This document shows positions 39,842 through 53,459 of a stretch of 64,000 nt of DNA, piece by piece. Source of the stretch: Tubiluchus corallicola (Eukaryota > Animalia > Priapulida); the NCBI GenBank assembly GCA_030141605.1, contig JAQGDQ010000264.1:62001-126000 (forward strand). The letters are read 5' to 3'. The translations under genes were made by a program, and so were the position numbers. The notes beneath the pieces are model-generated. The model worked only from the letters and a program-made list of their open reading frames with translations, was not told the DNA's origin and searched no databases. Position 1 is the first letter of the stretch. Every line of letters starts with the position of its first letter.

Positions 39842-41730
39842 TAGCTTTATTCTTGCTGCTAATCATCTGCTTATCATAATATCGTAATGATTATTCTTGG
39901 AATTCTTATGGCTTTATGGCATTAAGTAATAATTTAGTTAAAATAAAATTATTGTAGTTTCTTCGTCACTTTGTACATAATGAGCACATCACAATTTACG
40001 CAGAACATGAAGCGGGATGCATGAACGTTTTTGTGGGAATGATAGCAACTGTTCTATTATAATATCAGTTATTTATCATTTATGTGTTTATCGTGAGATC
40101 TTAATTCTTGTTGTTTGGTCATTAATGTACTGATTTGTCTCAATGTGTTCAGCTGCAGTTCTATTGGGTTTTTTTTGCTTATTTTACTTGTTAATAACTG
40201 TTGTTGTATGTACTAAGTTTTTTTTTACAATGAAACGTTTTCTTTCAGCAAACATTAGATGGTGTAAATATCTAAATTTGATTAGTTAACTAAAATTAAA
40301 AAATGGCGAAACTGAGAAATGAATGACAGAAATTCTGTACACAGTTTGAGCAATTAACTGATTGGTATATCATGATTCGTACGAGCTTAACCTTGCTGCT
40401 TTGCCAGGTGTGAGACCATAAAATTTAACCTTTAAATTGAAATTTCTTTAATTGGAGATGGTTTTAAATAAATAGTGACAAAACGTAACTATCTTGTTTC
40501 CACAAGAAAACAAATTTTACAAATTTTTTCCAGTAACTCGAATATCTGTAAATGCATTGTACTTGTTCTATACCATTTTGATAATTAAATTTTGTGTATC
40601 TGTTCATTTAACTTCCTATGAGTCTATCTTGAGAATTGTCCTGTTATAAATTTTTGGGCTGATTTGATATCGTTGTTAAATTTGTTTGTCACAGAAATTA
40701 TTAATCAGTCACATTTATTGTACAATCATGTACTACCATTGTACAAAAATCAATAAAATTTAACTAACAATAAAACGGGTGATACTTTGTCTTTTATGGA
40801 AGCTTTTTAAGAAATTGCAGGTAATTCTGTTGTCATGCATTTTACCTCTGCTAGGGCTGCTTTAGTAGCTACACATTTTCTTTACACATAGCCGAGTTGG
40901 CATTATACCCTATGACATGACAATGCGTCTTTCATTTTGTTTCAGATTTGAAGAATGACAACTATAATATATATTCTGGTATTCACTAAAACTTAAAAAC
41001 TAATTTATTTGACGGACTAAACATATTTAGAGCAAAAACAAGCCTAAGATCAACAATTATTGGGTTATGCTTGCCGTAATAAATATTTGAACTACATCAA
41101 TAGGTCAACTTTTTCCAAAAGAATTTTCATTTACTAGTTGAACCCAATATTAAAATACAATCTCAAAACAACTATAATATGTAAAAACTTGAATAATAAT
41201 AATATTCACTGTATCATAAAAATTTTATTACATCTTTGAATATAATAGTTAAATACTGAAATTACATCAATTATAGAATTAAATATTAGACTAGCACAGG
41301 TACACTACCACATGCCTGATGACTAGAAAATTCTCTACTTCTTTTTCCTTTTTTCTTTTTCCATCTACATGCTTTGTTTCTTATCTATAAATCCTTTATT
41401 AGAACGTAATAGGTTTTTAACAAAATAACTTTAATATAGAAGCTTTGCTCTACTGGTCTATCATGTGTCAAGTTCTATTTCAATGCGCCTGACCAAACTA
41501 ACACTTGGCACAATGCAAATGTTCAAGTAATAACCTTGAAATATTTTGGTCACGTACACTAGTTAATGCCAAAAACAGCCTACAATGTCACGTCATATGA
41601 CAATTTTACAAACAATGATGAACCAAAGTTTCTGTTTGCGCTAAAATATGTCTTCACTCGTGTAGGTTCTTGAAAAAAACATATAAACACATTCTGAAAG
41701 TCAACCATAAAAACAAAATGAAATAAAATT

Positions 41731-42717
41731 TCATGTAAACAGCTTTCCTTCCAAATGTGACCTGTCTTCTGCATCTTTTTTCTTTTCCCTTTCATCCATT
41801 GCTACCATCTCTCTCTGCACGGTTTTGGCAAGTGAGTGATCTAGTTTCGCAACCCTGATGAAATCTTCACGTGCCTCACAGAAATTCCACATAGCGCTAT
41901 GTGCCTTAGCTCTGCGATATAGAGCTTTGACATTATCTGGGTCAAGTTTTAATACCTCACTAGTGTGTCCTATAACAGGATAAAAATCCTCCAATGACAA
42001 TTGGCACTGCGCCAAATTTAATAAAAAGGGAATTTTTCTGCGTTCTATTGCCAAAAATTCCACATCTCCTGGTTTTTCACGGAGACTCAACTGTTCTAAA
42101 CTGCTTAGTGCTTCAGAATACTTTTCTGCAGCAGTTTCGTAAAGTCCTTCCTTATATAACTTGTTCCCTTCTTCCTGCAGTTCAGGAATGCGGTCCATTT
42201 TTTCTGACTCGCTCATAGCCCATTGTTCTTTCTGATAATCACCTGGCAATGATACTTTTAACAGCTCAAATATAAAATCCAAATCCTGAGGCTGTTTTAG
42301 TAACTCCTCTAGATCTGGATAACCCAAACCAACTTCACTCAGTGCCATCATACCACAACAATGTTTCTGACCCACAATGCCGCGAGCAATGTCTCTTAGC
42401 TGCTTTGACACAATTGGGTAGGCATGAAGAAATGACTTATTCACTGTAAACTGAGCAACTTCATTAATGCGCATAGTTTTTAAACAAAGTTCCCAACATT
42501 CAAGTTTAAATTTTTTGCCTGTAATCAACTCAAAAGGTTCATTTCTCTGTTTGGTGTCATCGATAATAACCTTTGAATCACCACATTTCTGGGTTCGAAA
42601 ATGAAACAAAATTTTGGTGTCTGGGGGCATCTCTGGTATATCGCCATGCCCAGGATAAACGATCTTCTTTTGAATGCCATATTTTGCAACATCTGATCCA
42701 ATAACCATATTTGCCAT
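41731..42717 (-). CDS. AIP: AH receptor-interacting protein (FKBP-like + TPR), single coding exon
   Basis: TKILFHFRT..IIDDT..PFELITGKKFKLECWE..M, HCCGM, PQDLDFIFELL, and TPRs (EEGNKLY, LLNLAQC, DNVKALYRRAKAH..WN..A..DF). Confidence 0.94.
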   Translation of the reverse strand: MANMVIGSDVAKYGIQKKIVYPGHGDIPEMPPDTKILFHFRTQKCGDSKVIIDDTKQRNEPFELITGKKFKLECWELCLKTMRINEVAQFTVNKSFLHAYPIVSKQLRDIARGIVGQKHCCGMMALSEVGLGYPDLEELLKQPQDLDFIFELLKVSLPGDYQKEQWAMSESEKMDRIPELQEEGNKLYKEGLYETAAEKYSEALSSLEQLSLREKPGDVEFLAIERRKIPFLLNLAQCQLSLEDFYPVIGHTSEVLKLDPDNVKALYRRAKAHSAMWNFCEAREDFIRVAKLDHSLAKTVQREMVAMDEREKKKDAEDRSHLEGKLFT

Positions 42718-43619
42718 TATTATCTAAGCTATAAACAGAAAACAGTATTAGTTATAAAGTATATGAAATGATAAGTATATGAAAAAAGTTTCAATATACC
42801 GTAAATTTACTCATTTCTGGTAGCAGAGCCAAAATTTCGTTATATTTTGTGAGATTCTAAGCAGATTCTCGCCGTGACGTTTCACGAGAATCCAGAGAAT
42901 CGAAGATTGAATTTCAATTAAAGTGATTATTTATTATAAAAGTGTTAATCGCTATCAGTAGTAATATCATGACTCTTTTTCAGAATTTCCTGATTCAGTC
43001 TGGCTGTCGAAGGTAATAAGAATTTTCTTTACCCTTGTCTTTGTAAGGGAACCTCTATCATGATTTTTTTGTCAGGAAATGTATCACAAGCATTTGAAAC
43101 TGCAAGTGCTCTACATTTCTGATGTTCTAAAATTCAAAACGTAGGGACTGTAGTGGTCCACTCTGTCTGTCTCGTGTTGGCTTGACAATGAGCGTAGAAC
43201 CCCACGATTTTTACGTTCAACTCTAAATGAAAAGCGTAGTTTGTCAAAGACACTTCGGAAGTATCTAAGTAATCTCGCATGCAATATAGCAGCCTGCAAG
43301 CTAACGCAATGCCTGTGAGAATCTAACTAGATTCGCAATAATGCACATTGGCGAGAATGGATTTGGGCATTAGCGTCAAAATTCTGGTCCCAGGTGGGAA
43401 GATAAAAAGTGAAAATAAAAGAACAAAAGTAAGAACAAATTAATCGGTTCATTTAAAATTAAGTCAAGCTGTAATTACTTAAAATTTCACACTCGCCCAC
43501 AAGTGCATTTTATAGTCACGTGCATTTTATAGTCATTTTATCGTATCACTAGAAAAAAAGTATCATATTGTATCGCATCAGCAAATTTGTATAGAGCGTT
43601 TAACATCCCTAGTTACAGT

Positions 43620-46570
43620 GAGGCTAGTGCACTAAGAAAAGTAGAGGAATCAACGGCAAAACATGCTAAATCCCCATAGAGTGATTACCATGGATACCGT
43701 GGATACGCTCGATCCTCTTCACCACCAGTGGCGAGCAAACAGACGTCAATAAAAAGTGTCTGTTTGTGAGATCAACAACACGATCAATTTGTTTTGCAAA
43801 TCATACCAAATATCTTTGACGTCCATTTGCCTTCACTGTTCACTCGTCTTTAATTATATTTTCAGTTTCAACAGCTCGTTAACATACATCCTAGTCAGTA
43901 GTAATTCATTTATGTTCCATTCACTTATATCTTGCGCAGATAGGCCCAACTTGTTGATATACACAGCTTTACATTCAAAAAGATGCTCAGTAGTATCCTC
44001 TGCTACCTGGCATAAAGAACATTTAAGATCCCCTTTATACAGATTTTTGAAATTTGCACCTATCATATTAAGTCTCATTTTCATAATATCTTTCAGTTCG
44101 TCTAACCTTCATTTTTTGACATACATTTGTCTTTGGAAAGTTCTGTTTTTTAAAATCTCAATTTTGTCATAGTTTCTATTCTAGTTTTAAGCTCTTTTTC
44201 TATAAATAAATGAATTTCATTCTTTACATACTTTTCCATCTAGATTTGGTTATTACATTTATATCCACTGTATTTATATCAATATTATATTTATTCATGA
44301 TGTGTTTGATTTCTGAATACCAACATTTATTATTTGCACTTTTAGAACTTGTTTTGCCATTCTTTCATCATTTGAGTTCATTAATAGATGATAATACATA
44401 AATTTTTTATAGTCTATCCTTCAAATCATGGCCAGGTTTTTGATTCACTTAACATGCCCCAATATAAGTCATTTATTTCACCTTACACATTTACAACGGT
44501 TACATATACAATATCTAGTGAAAGGGCCTGAAATGGATATAATACAAATAAGAAATACTGCACAGGAAAAGCCTCAAACACTGTTCACTTATACACGAAG
44601 GTAAATGTGTTGCGGGCAATCAAAAAGCAGGGCTTGTTAGATTGTCCCACACAGTGATAGAAAAAAAAGTAATGGAGATAATCTGAAAATTTAAAGTGAA
44701 TCGTGATAAAAAAAACATTAGTGCTTAAAATGGAATGATGTAATGAATGAAGCTCATATATGGGATGATATAAAGATAGAAAGACAATTATTTGTTAATA
44801 GTATGTAAAATTAAAATAACTTGATTAAGCTATCACCACTGTTTTGCAACTACTGTGAGGATGGATACTGATAGAAATTTTGATTACTCACTGATACTTA
44901 CTTAAAATTTGATTTTTTAGCATTTTTTTAAATCTAGTAATAGATCTGCTATTTTTTGCGGATTGACAAATCTCATTCCAGACTTTTGGTCCTTGATATA
45001 TTATAAAATGTTTAGCTATGTTGGTTCTACAGAAAGGCACAGTGTATTGATTAAATCTTGTATTATGTCTCTTAGATGTCAATTTGACAGGAATTACAAA
45101 AAAAACTTAGGAAATAGTCTATTATTGCATTTATACATGAATACTGCAATATTCAATTTAATTAAATCATCTAATTGCATAATTCTACATTCACGGTAAT
45201 GAAGTAAAGGTACTTCACTACGTTTCTGTAGGCCATACATTAACCTTAAAAATTTTCGTTGCAATGTTTTTAAGCATTCCAGTTTAGATGGATATGTGGG
45301 GCCCCAAATAATGCTGCAGTAATTGAGATAAGGTAAAACCAGACTATTATACAAGATTAGTAAGTGTTCTTTCGAAAGACTGTGTTTCATGATAGTAATG
45401 ATGCCTATATTTTTAACAATTTTAAGTCTGATGTAAGAGATATGTGATTTCCAGTCTAAGTGTTCATGTATGACAATACCTAAGAATTTAATCTGTTTTA
45501 CTTGTTGAATATAACTATTTTCAAGTTGTAATGTCAAATTTGACATTCTCTTGTTTCTTGATCTAAAACTATAAATTTAGTTTTGGAAGCATTTAGTGAT
45601 AATTTATTACTCCTAAACCAGTTTGATATTTGCTGCAATTCATTGTTTATTTCAGCTTCATTAACAGTATTAAACTGGTGTCATCAGCAAACTGCAGGAT
45701 TTTTCCAATATTAATACAATGTTTTATATCATTAATGTACACAAGAAACAAGAGTGGGCCAAATATCGACCCTTGTGGAACACCACAAGATATTAATTTT
45801 GAGTTAGATATATAGTTATTATACTTTACTGCTTGTAACCTGCCAGATAGGTAACTTACAAACCAATTATTTGCAACATCTCTTATTCCATAGTGGTATA
45901 ATTTGTTTAATTAAAATTTTATGATCAACAGTGTCAAAAGCTTTTGATAGATCACAGAAAATACTTACAGATGGCGTACTATCTTTTTGACAAAATTTTT
46001 GCTAGTGCTTCTTTATGTAAGCTTTCTAATTTATCTATTTCCGATTTGGTGAGAATGACCAAGTCTCAGCATTATTGATTATTGATGGTATTACTGTGTT
46101 TCCATACAGCATTAGCCGAACAGCTGTAACAGTAGTTCTAACTTTAGATTCATTACCAATTTTCATAATTTCTAAAATCATAAATTTCATTTTATCTATT
46201 CTTTTTTCAAACATAAGCTGATAATTATTTTTGCTATTAAACCAATCTCCCAAGTGTTTATATTCATGAATTCCTTTAATTTGGCCATTTTTACATTCAA
46301 TATTAGTTCTTTATTGTATTGTTCTCTTTTTTGTCATATTAGGTGCCATGTGTTTTGTTTTTTTAAGTTGAAGGGCCTCATCATTTTTTGAGTTTCTATC
46401 TCCCTAAAATTCTCTGCTCCTTTAATCACTGTTTCTGCAGTCCTTACTGATAACACATCATCCACGTATAACAGGGTGCCAATTTCTAAATCAGGGCCAA
46501 ACATTGTCACTGGATGATTGCTGTATTTATTATATCGTATTACAGGTATTATAAATGTGTTACACATCTA
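43620..46570 (-). mobile_element. 5'-truncated decayed LINE (RT YVDD motif, C-terminal CCHC finger), split by a nested insertion
   Basis: LLYVDDVL (46334-46567 ORF), YKHLGDW..NAETW (46035-46253), YWGML at ~44460, and CSLCQVAEDTTEHLFEC (43854-44084). Confidence 0.7.
44471..45985 (-). mobile_element. 5'-truncated L2/Crack-like LINE nested in the other LINE
   Basis: IFCDLSKAFDTVDH, GVPQGSIFGPLLFLVYINDI, FADDT, KFLGIVI..L.WKSHI, LYNSLVLPYLNYC..WG, GPKVWN. The 3' UTR ends near aataaa at ~44472. Confidence 0.8.
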
Positions 46571-48562
46571 TACTGTATGATAATGTATGACACCGTTATT
46601 ATGTAGAATAGAATAGGATATTTATTTGTTAGTCTCCAACGCTGCAAAAACAAATAAGAACAAAGACCAAGGATTACCGAATCAACCTCTAATCACCCAT
46701 GTCAGTACATAAAATAAAAATTAGAACTCTATCTGAACGTTAAGATTGCACATTAGGAGATACAAGAGTGACACTAGTTAACGCAATGTCACAAATTATT
46801 TGGCACCTAAAAGATTCTAAATAAATTCAGCTTTTACCTGGTATTTGTTTCAGTTTTAAGTCGGTTAGCAAACGGGGCAAGCAGGGGTATCTTTTGTTAT
46901 GTTTTGATTTGTATCAGTGTACCAAAGTGTAAAAAATGAAACACGAAATTTATTGTTATGTATTTTCGTTTTGGCGATTAGCGGCTACGCAGGCGGCATC
47001 ACACGACAGATGATTAAAAAATTTTGTGCGGCGCATTGACTGTAATAATAATATTCTTTTGTTCACCAATAATGTTGGCAACACCGCAATTTCGATAAGC
47101 CAAAATCACTTTTGCCTTTTTAATAAAAGAAGAATACATCTCAATTAAAACAAATTATTAGTTTAAAAAACTGAAAACATTTCATAAAAAGGTAAAACAA
47201 TTGTAGCAATAAGTGTTGTGACGCCGTGTAATAATTAAATCAGGATGTTAGGAAATCAGAGTACTGTGTTCAGGGTTCTCGAGCGTTTCCGTCACTTTTA
47301 TATGCTAAATCTACAGGATAATCATTTATTTGTGTAGGCTACGTGAATTCGCGTCACTGGTGAAACACTTGTGTGCACGTGCAAATTATTTAATCAGAAC
47401 GACAACGGAACTAAAAGCTAATATTTAGATTTAGAATTTAATCAGTGAAACAATAATAGCAAATTAAATTGATAACAATTTCCAACAATACCTAATTCCC
47501 CCAAAAGTAACGTTGGCCGGCTACGCTTCTGTCTCTCATCAGGCGTTTGGATCTATCAACCCCGCTCTTGAGTCTCCAACCATGCCACATCAGCTTTTCA
47601 TCTCCAGCAGTCAGCCGCGTCCTTGCCAGCAACTCCTTGCCAATGGTCACCAATCCAGCCTCTGCATGGACCACGCTTTAAAACTGCTCCAGCAATCCAG
47701 CGGTTGAACTCGTACCTGGTTGCCTCAGCCTTCCAGTAATAAAGCCAAATATCGTCCTTTTGCAGGGTGACAAACAGAACCTTTAGTTCAGACGAACAGA
47801 CAGACCATTGGTCCAGGTATAACTGGTCCTCAGCTGGTTTCCCACTACTATTCAGCGAGAATTTGAGTCCTATTCTGCAGGTAGAAATATGGTTACCAAA
47901 CACTTGCTTCTTGGAATGTCAAGACAGTGTCATCACAGCAAACGACGAATAAACAAAAGTAGACAAAACCATTGTCTTTGTGACAAATCATCTCACTGCA
48001 TACGAGTACCATTAAAAACAGGTTCACACCAAACTTGGTGTTCAGCCATATAAAATAACCTCAGGATGTGGACTAACCAGCAAAACTCCACCACCCTGTA
48101 ACTTTGACAGTCAGAACATAACTAGTGTAAAACACGAACTCTGTAGTAAGATCCCAAAACAGGTTGAAGCCATTTGGTATTCGAATTTTCAGGAAACCTA
48201 ATTACAGGTAAGCAGAGAAATAAGTGGCCAGAGCCATCTACTGTCAAAAACTTACAAAAACACACAATGTAATATAAGTTTAAATAAACAGTGCAATAAA
48301 TCAATCAGGTAATTAGATAATTAATTATGCACACACAATGTCATAGGAAAGATATATCAAAATAGGTGTTGCGACAATGATGGGTGGTATAACCGATCAT
48401 CACAAGTGTGTATTGTGTACTAGCAAATACTTCTTCAGTTTTCTTGTAAGTAAAATTTGTTCTTCCTGAGGAAAGAGGCAAGTTGACTGCATGATAGGCT
48501 GCCTATTATGTAAAAACTAAGCATTTTTATTGATTTATTGATTTTTCTCTCCCTCCTTCTCT

Positions 48563-48663
48563 TAGAGGAAAGAGAGGGAGGGAAAAAGAGTGAGAGAGGG
48601 AGAGAAAGAGAAAGAGAGAGAGACAGAGAGGGAGAGAGACAGACAAAGAGAGAGAGAGAGAGA
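48563..48663. repeat. Imperfect (GA)n purine tract
   Basis: Directly visible. Confidence 0.85.
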
Positions 48664-49900
48664 CCTTTTCCTTTTGTTGAAGGTTCTGCCATTTGTTTCT
48701 TGGTCGTTTTACTCCAGTGCGAGGTAGCGGATTTGGCATATTAAAAGTTGCACCCATTTACATGCCCTGCAATTAATCTATATAATTACACATATATTAT
48801 ATTGTAGTTTTTATATAAATAATGCGCACATGCACGCATGCACACAACAAGTCATTGCATAGGGTGCTTCATATATAAATAATCAATACAGTAGTAGAGA
48901 TGAGTAGGACTGAAGTGCCAGCCTAGGCCATCATAACATCTTGATACACCCATGCACACACATTCAGATACATGTATGATTATTGCATTATTACATACAA
49001 AGATTCTATGAAGCTGAGCCTATATATTCAACTATATAAAATGATTGCCCTTAGCACCTAGTCCTGTATAAAATCAATTAATCAATAAATAACATTTATC
49101 AAGACTTGTCTGTGGATTTAGCCACAGGTGTTTTATTAGTACGCTTAAACAAATACATTTTTTACACATAAACAAACTGTATTTAATGAACATTTATTTT
49201 GACGTAAGCCTAACTGAATCTTAAAAACTTAAGCTAAATATAAGTGACGTCTACACATGATATATAAGTGTTATGACCCGCCTGCAGATTCTAATTTATG
49301 CGCCAGGTTGGCTTCTCACCAGAATTCTGTAATGTTATTTTTTGTTCACTGACAATACAAAAGAGGAGTAATGTTGTAAATGCATCTCCATTTGTTCAAC
49401 GTGATTTTATAATCAACTCCAACTCATAACAAAGGCCAAACATGCAGATGCTTAGATTAAGTTGTATTCTGGAAAAATAATTTGCTCTTATGCTGTAAAA
49501 ACATACAACTAATATTAATAATTATCGTATGACAGCATGCATATCATTAATGACATGAACCAGAGTAAGTACATCCAAATAATAGAAAATATAACAAAAA
49601 ATGAAAATGTGCCAGAAATCCTTCGGCGTTCGATTTGGCCTAATGATTCCAGATGAAATAGAGCTCTGGACTATGCTCTGTACTGATTCCACTTTACAAG
49701 CAGCTTCCGGAATATTTTTGTTTATATCCTAACTTCGCAAAATAAAAAGTGTGAGACCATGTGACTCGCCAGGATGGTATAAGGTCTAACCACTCTGATG
49801 TAACCTAAACACAGATGTATAGTAATAATAATATAACAATAATAATAATAATAATAATAAAATTAATAATAATAGTAATAATAATAATAATAATAATTAC

Positions 49901-50179
49901 TCGGGGGGGGGGAGTAAACCCCTACCGGGCGCATCCCCCGGGTGGCGGATGGGGGACCCCTGGCTCACGAGCCAGGGTGCTCCGAATATTCAAATAAGGA
50001 GCTGTGGACCAAATCCTTCAGGATAGACCTAGCAAGTCACTGAAGTACTTTTGCTCAAGTAACTCATGGCGAACACAACTGAAACAACGTATGAAGACAG
50101 AGACACCTGGAGAGACGCTGTCAAGTGTTCGCCGGCTGACAGATGAAAATCTACCAGGAGGATGGTGAGAAAGGTGAGA
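49901..50179 (+). mobile_element. Short internally deleted (bipartite) RTE-derived retroelement inside an (AAT)n tract
   Basis: The 5' GC-rich motif gcgcatcc..gtggcggatgggggac..gctccgaatattcaaataaggagctgtggac resembles RTE 5' UTRs. The 3' part reads ..DRDTWRDAVKCSPADR*, like an RTE ORF end. (AAT)n lies on both sides. Confidence 0.55.
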
Positions 50180-50361
<182 letters not shown>

Positions 50362-52929
50362 GTGCATGACAGTACTTGCATATGGATCAGAGCAAAGAAA
50401 GAGGTTTAGCAAACAGCGTTTGCCTGTCTGTAGTACGATTGTGCGAGAGTGCACAAGGCTTTCTTTGTTAAGTATGTCGAAGATTCCAAATATCAATGAA
50501 GACAATAAAATGCTGTTGAACTTGAAAAGGTGTAGGCAGCAACTGTTACTAGGAGTCTGAACGATAGCAACATCTTTAAACCTTACAAGAATTGAGTGGG
50601 TTGTTCCAGCTATTCGAACTCCTAGGAAGAAAACTAGTAGAAAATGTCTATTGCCACTTTGCTTTATCTCCTGGTGTGCATCGGATGGGGCAATTGCATC
50701 AGACCTGGAAGCACATTTGATGACAATGCTTTTTGCTTGCTTCAGCTTTTCGATGGGCTCATGGACAATCATATCAATCTACTACAGCTACCTGATGGTA
50801 GGACAGTCACTCAAAGCAACAATTGACAGCAGTTCAGGACTTTGTAGTTAAGTGATATAATGACTTGCATATGCGCATTTACATAGATAGCACATTTGAA
50901 GTGGCCTGTAACCAGGGTCTAATTAACAAGTAGAAAGTAAGTGGCAACCTAAAAAAGATGAAACAACTTATTAGCCTTTATAGATCAGCAAACAAAACCA
51001 AGGCTTCAGACCCTAAGATGAGTTAAAGAAACTGGGAGGTATAACATGCATTGCGCAAGAAACCCAGAAAAGCAGATCTCTGTTCTACAAATGTGAATTT
51101 AAGTTCCACCACAACTAGTGTTTTTGATTGGCTAACCAATTAAGGTTAAGGTACTTCACCTACCCTCTGGCTGTCTGTACTATCCATGCTGGATGCCAAA
51201 TCTGTATTTCTTAGGACATGAGGCCTCAAATACATAAGATCAGCATGAGTAACAAAAGCACAATTTTTCAAAATTCTCTTGTCAGTATGCACGACTAATA
51301 AGCATGTATTTTCATTCCTTTGGATTATAATGTATATAATGTATTGTTTTGGTGTTTTGATGTTAAATTTAAATTTTTGCAATGAAGTTTGATCGAGTGT
51401 TTGTCTAGCTCCTTGAATTTCTTCCACATTTCATTAAACCAAAGAAGAAATCATAAGCATACTGTATCCAAATGAGAGTTAGTTCAAGAATGTCCATAAA
51501 TATTGTATAAAGTAGCGTAAACTCATGACTATATGGATCATAAGATCATGTGAGTGATGTGTGGCTGCCTGGATCTTGTGCTCACTCCTGATGATTTCAT
51601 CCTAAAATTTTGGCTGCTAAATCCAGGATGTTACTAAGACAGTTCAGTGGCTTATCTTAGGCTTGAAGGGATATCATTGACAATGAGCCAAACAGTTAGG
51701 TTCTATTTACTCGTGAGCACATCTTGTTGAGTAGACCAGGAACAGTGTTTGAATGTTGGATTCTGGATTGGAAATATAAAAATGCGGGTGCTTAGCTAAT
51801 ATTATAATACATTGTGTTACATACGCCTTCGTCAGAGAGTACAAAAACGATGAGTAATAGCAGAACAGTTTGTTACATCAAAATATAGTTTATCAATTCA
51901 AGGTCGCCTCAAGGTAGCCTAGACTGGAGGCTTGAAGACATCGTGGTTGAACTAAAGATCCTCCAATACATTTTACAGATTGACGTCTCACAATAAGTTT
52001 GTCTCTTATCAATACAAATTGTCAATAATACTTATCAGTAGAACTTTTGAACTTGCACTCCATTTTCAGGCTGGAGATTTGGTGAATTCTAGGCAAGCTG
52101 CTCCAATATTATACCTTGTAAAAATGCAGCCTGTTGTACAGACAGTAAGGGTGAGAATTCTCCATCAGAAATCATATTTGAATCATATCGAATTTTTGAT
52201 TTCCGACCTCGATTCAAGCAGAATTTCAAGATTTCAAATACGAATTCAGATTTAAAGATTTTTGAAAATATATTCAAATTTTAAATAAAAACAGTCCTGC
52301 GAGGACCATGCATATTGCTTAATTTTGTTCTTTGGTAAAAACACTATAGATTGTTTAAAAATTGAACACAGAATCACATAAAATTGTGCTAATTACATGA
52401 CGCTGTCTCAAATGTTTTGTTGATGACAAACTTGACGTGGTAAATTATTCAAATTCCTAATTTTAGGTTCGAATTGATTTCGAATTTAGAAAAACTGGTT
52501 CGAACTGCAATGTTTGATGCTCATGCTTAGCAGACACGAGGTATCTACATTATATTTCTCTATTGATTCAGCAATATTTTTAAGTAATAATTTTTTGCAC
52601 TGTTGTTGACTGTCTTTGTGCCCCTCGGTGAGCTAGCAAAATGTTACGATGTGTAACCGACTCTTATAAAATTGAAAAGACGAGTGTAGTAATAAAATCA
52701 TTTAAATAACGTCTTTCTTTTGGGCTTTCGTACGCCTTAGCACTTCTACTTATCGTTTGTTTATGATAATTGCCTTCAAAATGAACTTTTCTTGGCCTAA
52801 AAAAAATCGATTCTTTATCATCTAAGTTAACCAATTTAGATTAGTATATAATTTGTATTTCCGTGTATTTTTTACCGTAGATGTAAGAAGCTGTATTGGT
52901 ATTACTTGACTAAAAATATTTTTATTTAG

Positions 52930-53274
52930 GGGAGGACGCGCAGTAGATTCACCAGCCGCAAACAATTGCTCGCCATTTTTCGCGAAGCGAAGCTCTGTTA
53001 TGCTAGTTTAGACTAGAGGTGTTCAAATCCGGTGAGCACTGCTAATATATTCGCCTGAAGTTGTATATATATAAGTACGGTGAATTGGTGTAAGGCGAAT
53101 TGGAAAAGGTGATGTTGTAGAACACTGTAACTTTTGGAAAATGTGATGCGATCATTGACCACGATAGTTTACATTTTATTTGGGTTGTCTGCGACGCCAT
53201 TTTGTAGAGCGGGTCTACTCAATTGTGGTAGACCTGATTGCCTGGTATTTTCGTAATTGGAGAAACTGGAAGGT
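52930..53274 (+). promoter_or_regulatory. Probable Dishevelled promoter/5' UTR with two YY1-type CGCCATTTT motifs (52971, 53195)
   Basis: CpG-enriched segment before the ATG with exact motif matches. Function is inferred. Confidence 0.4.
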
Positions 53275-53459
53275 ATGGCAGCTACCGACAGTGAAAAAAG
53301 AGGAGAGACAAAAATCATTTACCATATAGATGACGAGGACACACCGTATTTGGTAAAAATTGGCAAGCCAGCTGATGAAGTCACTTTGGGTGATTTCAAG
53401 GCTGTCTTGAACAAACCAAATTACAAATTTTTCTTTAAGTCAATGGATGACGATTTTGG
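53275..53459 (+). CDS. DVL: Dishevelled exon 1 (DIX domain)
   Basis: [19 protein letters not shown]...[27 protein letters not shown] with a GTAAGT donor. Confidence 0.96.

Noticed and set aside
53257-53274. TTG-initiated extension of Dishevelled (and the similar GTG at 25993 for ABHD17)
   Set aside because: Good ATGs exist at 53275 and 26029, and nothing supports non-AUG initiation.
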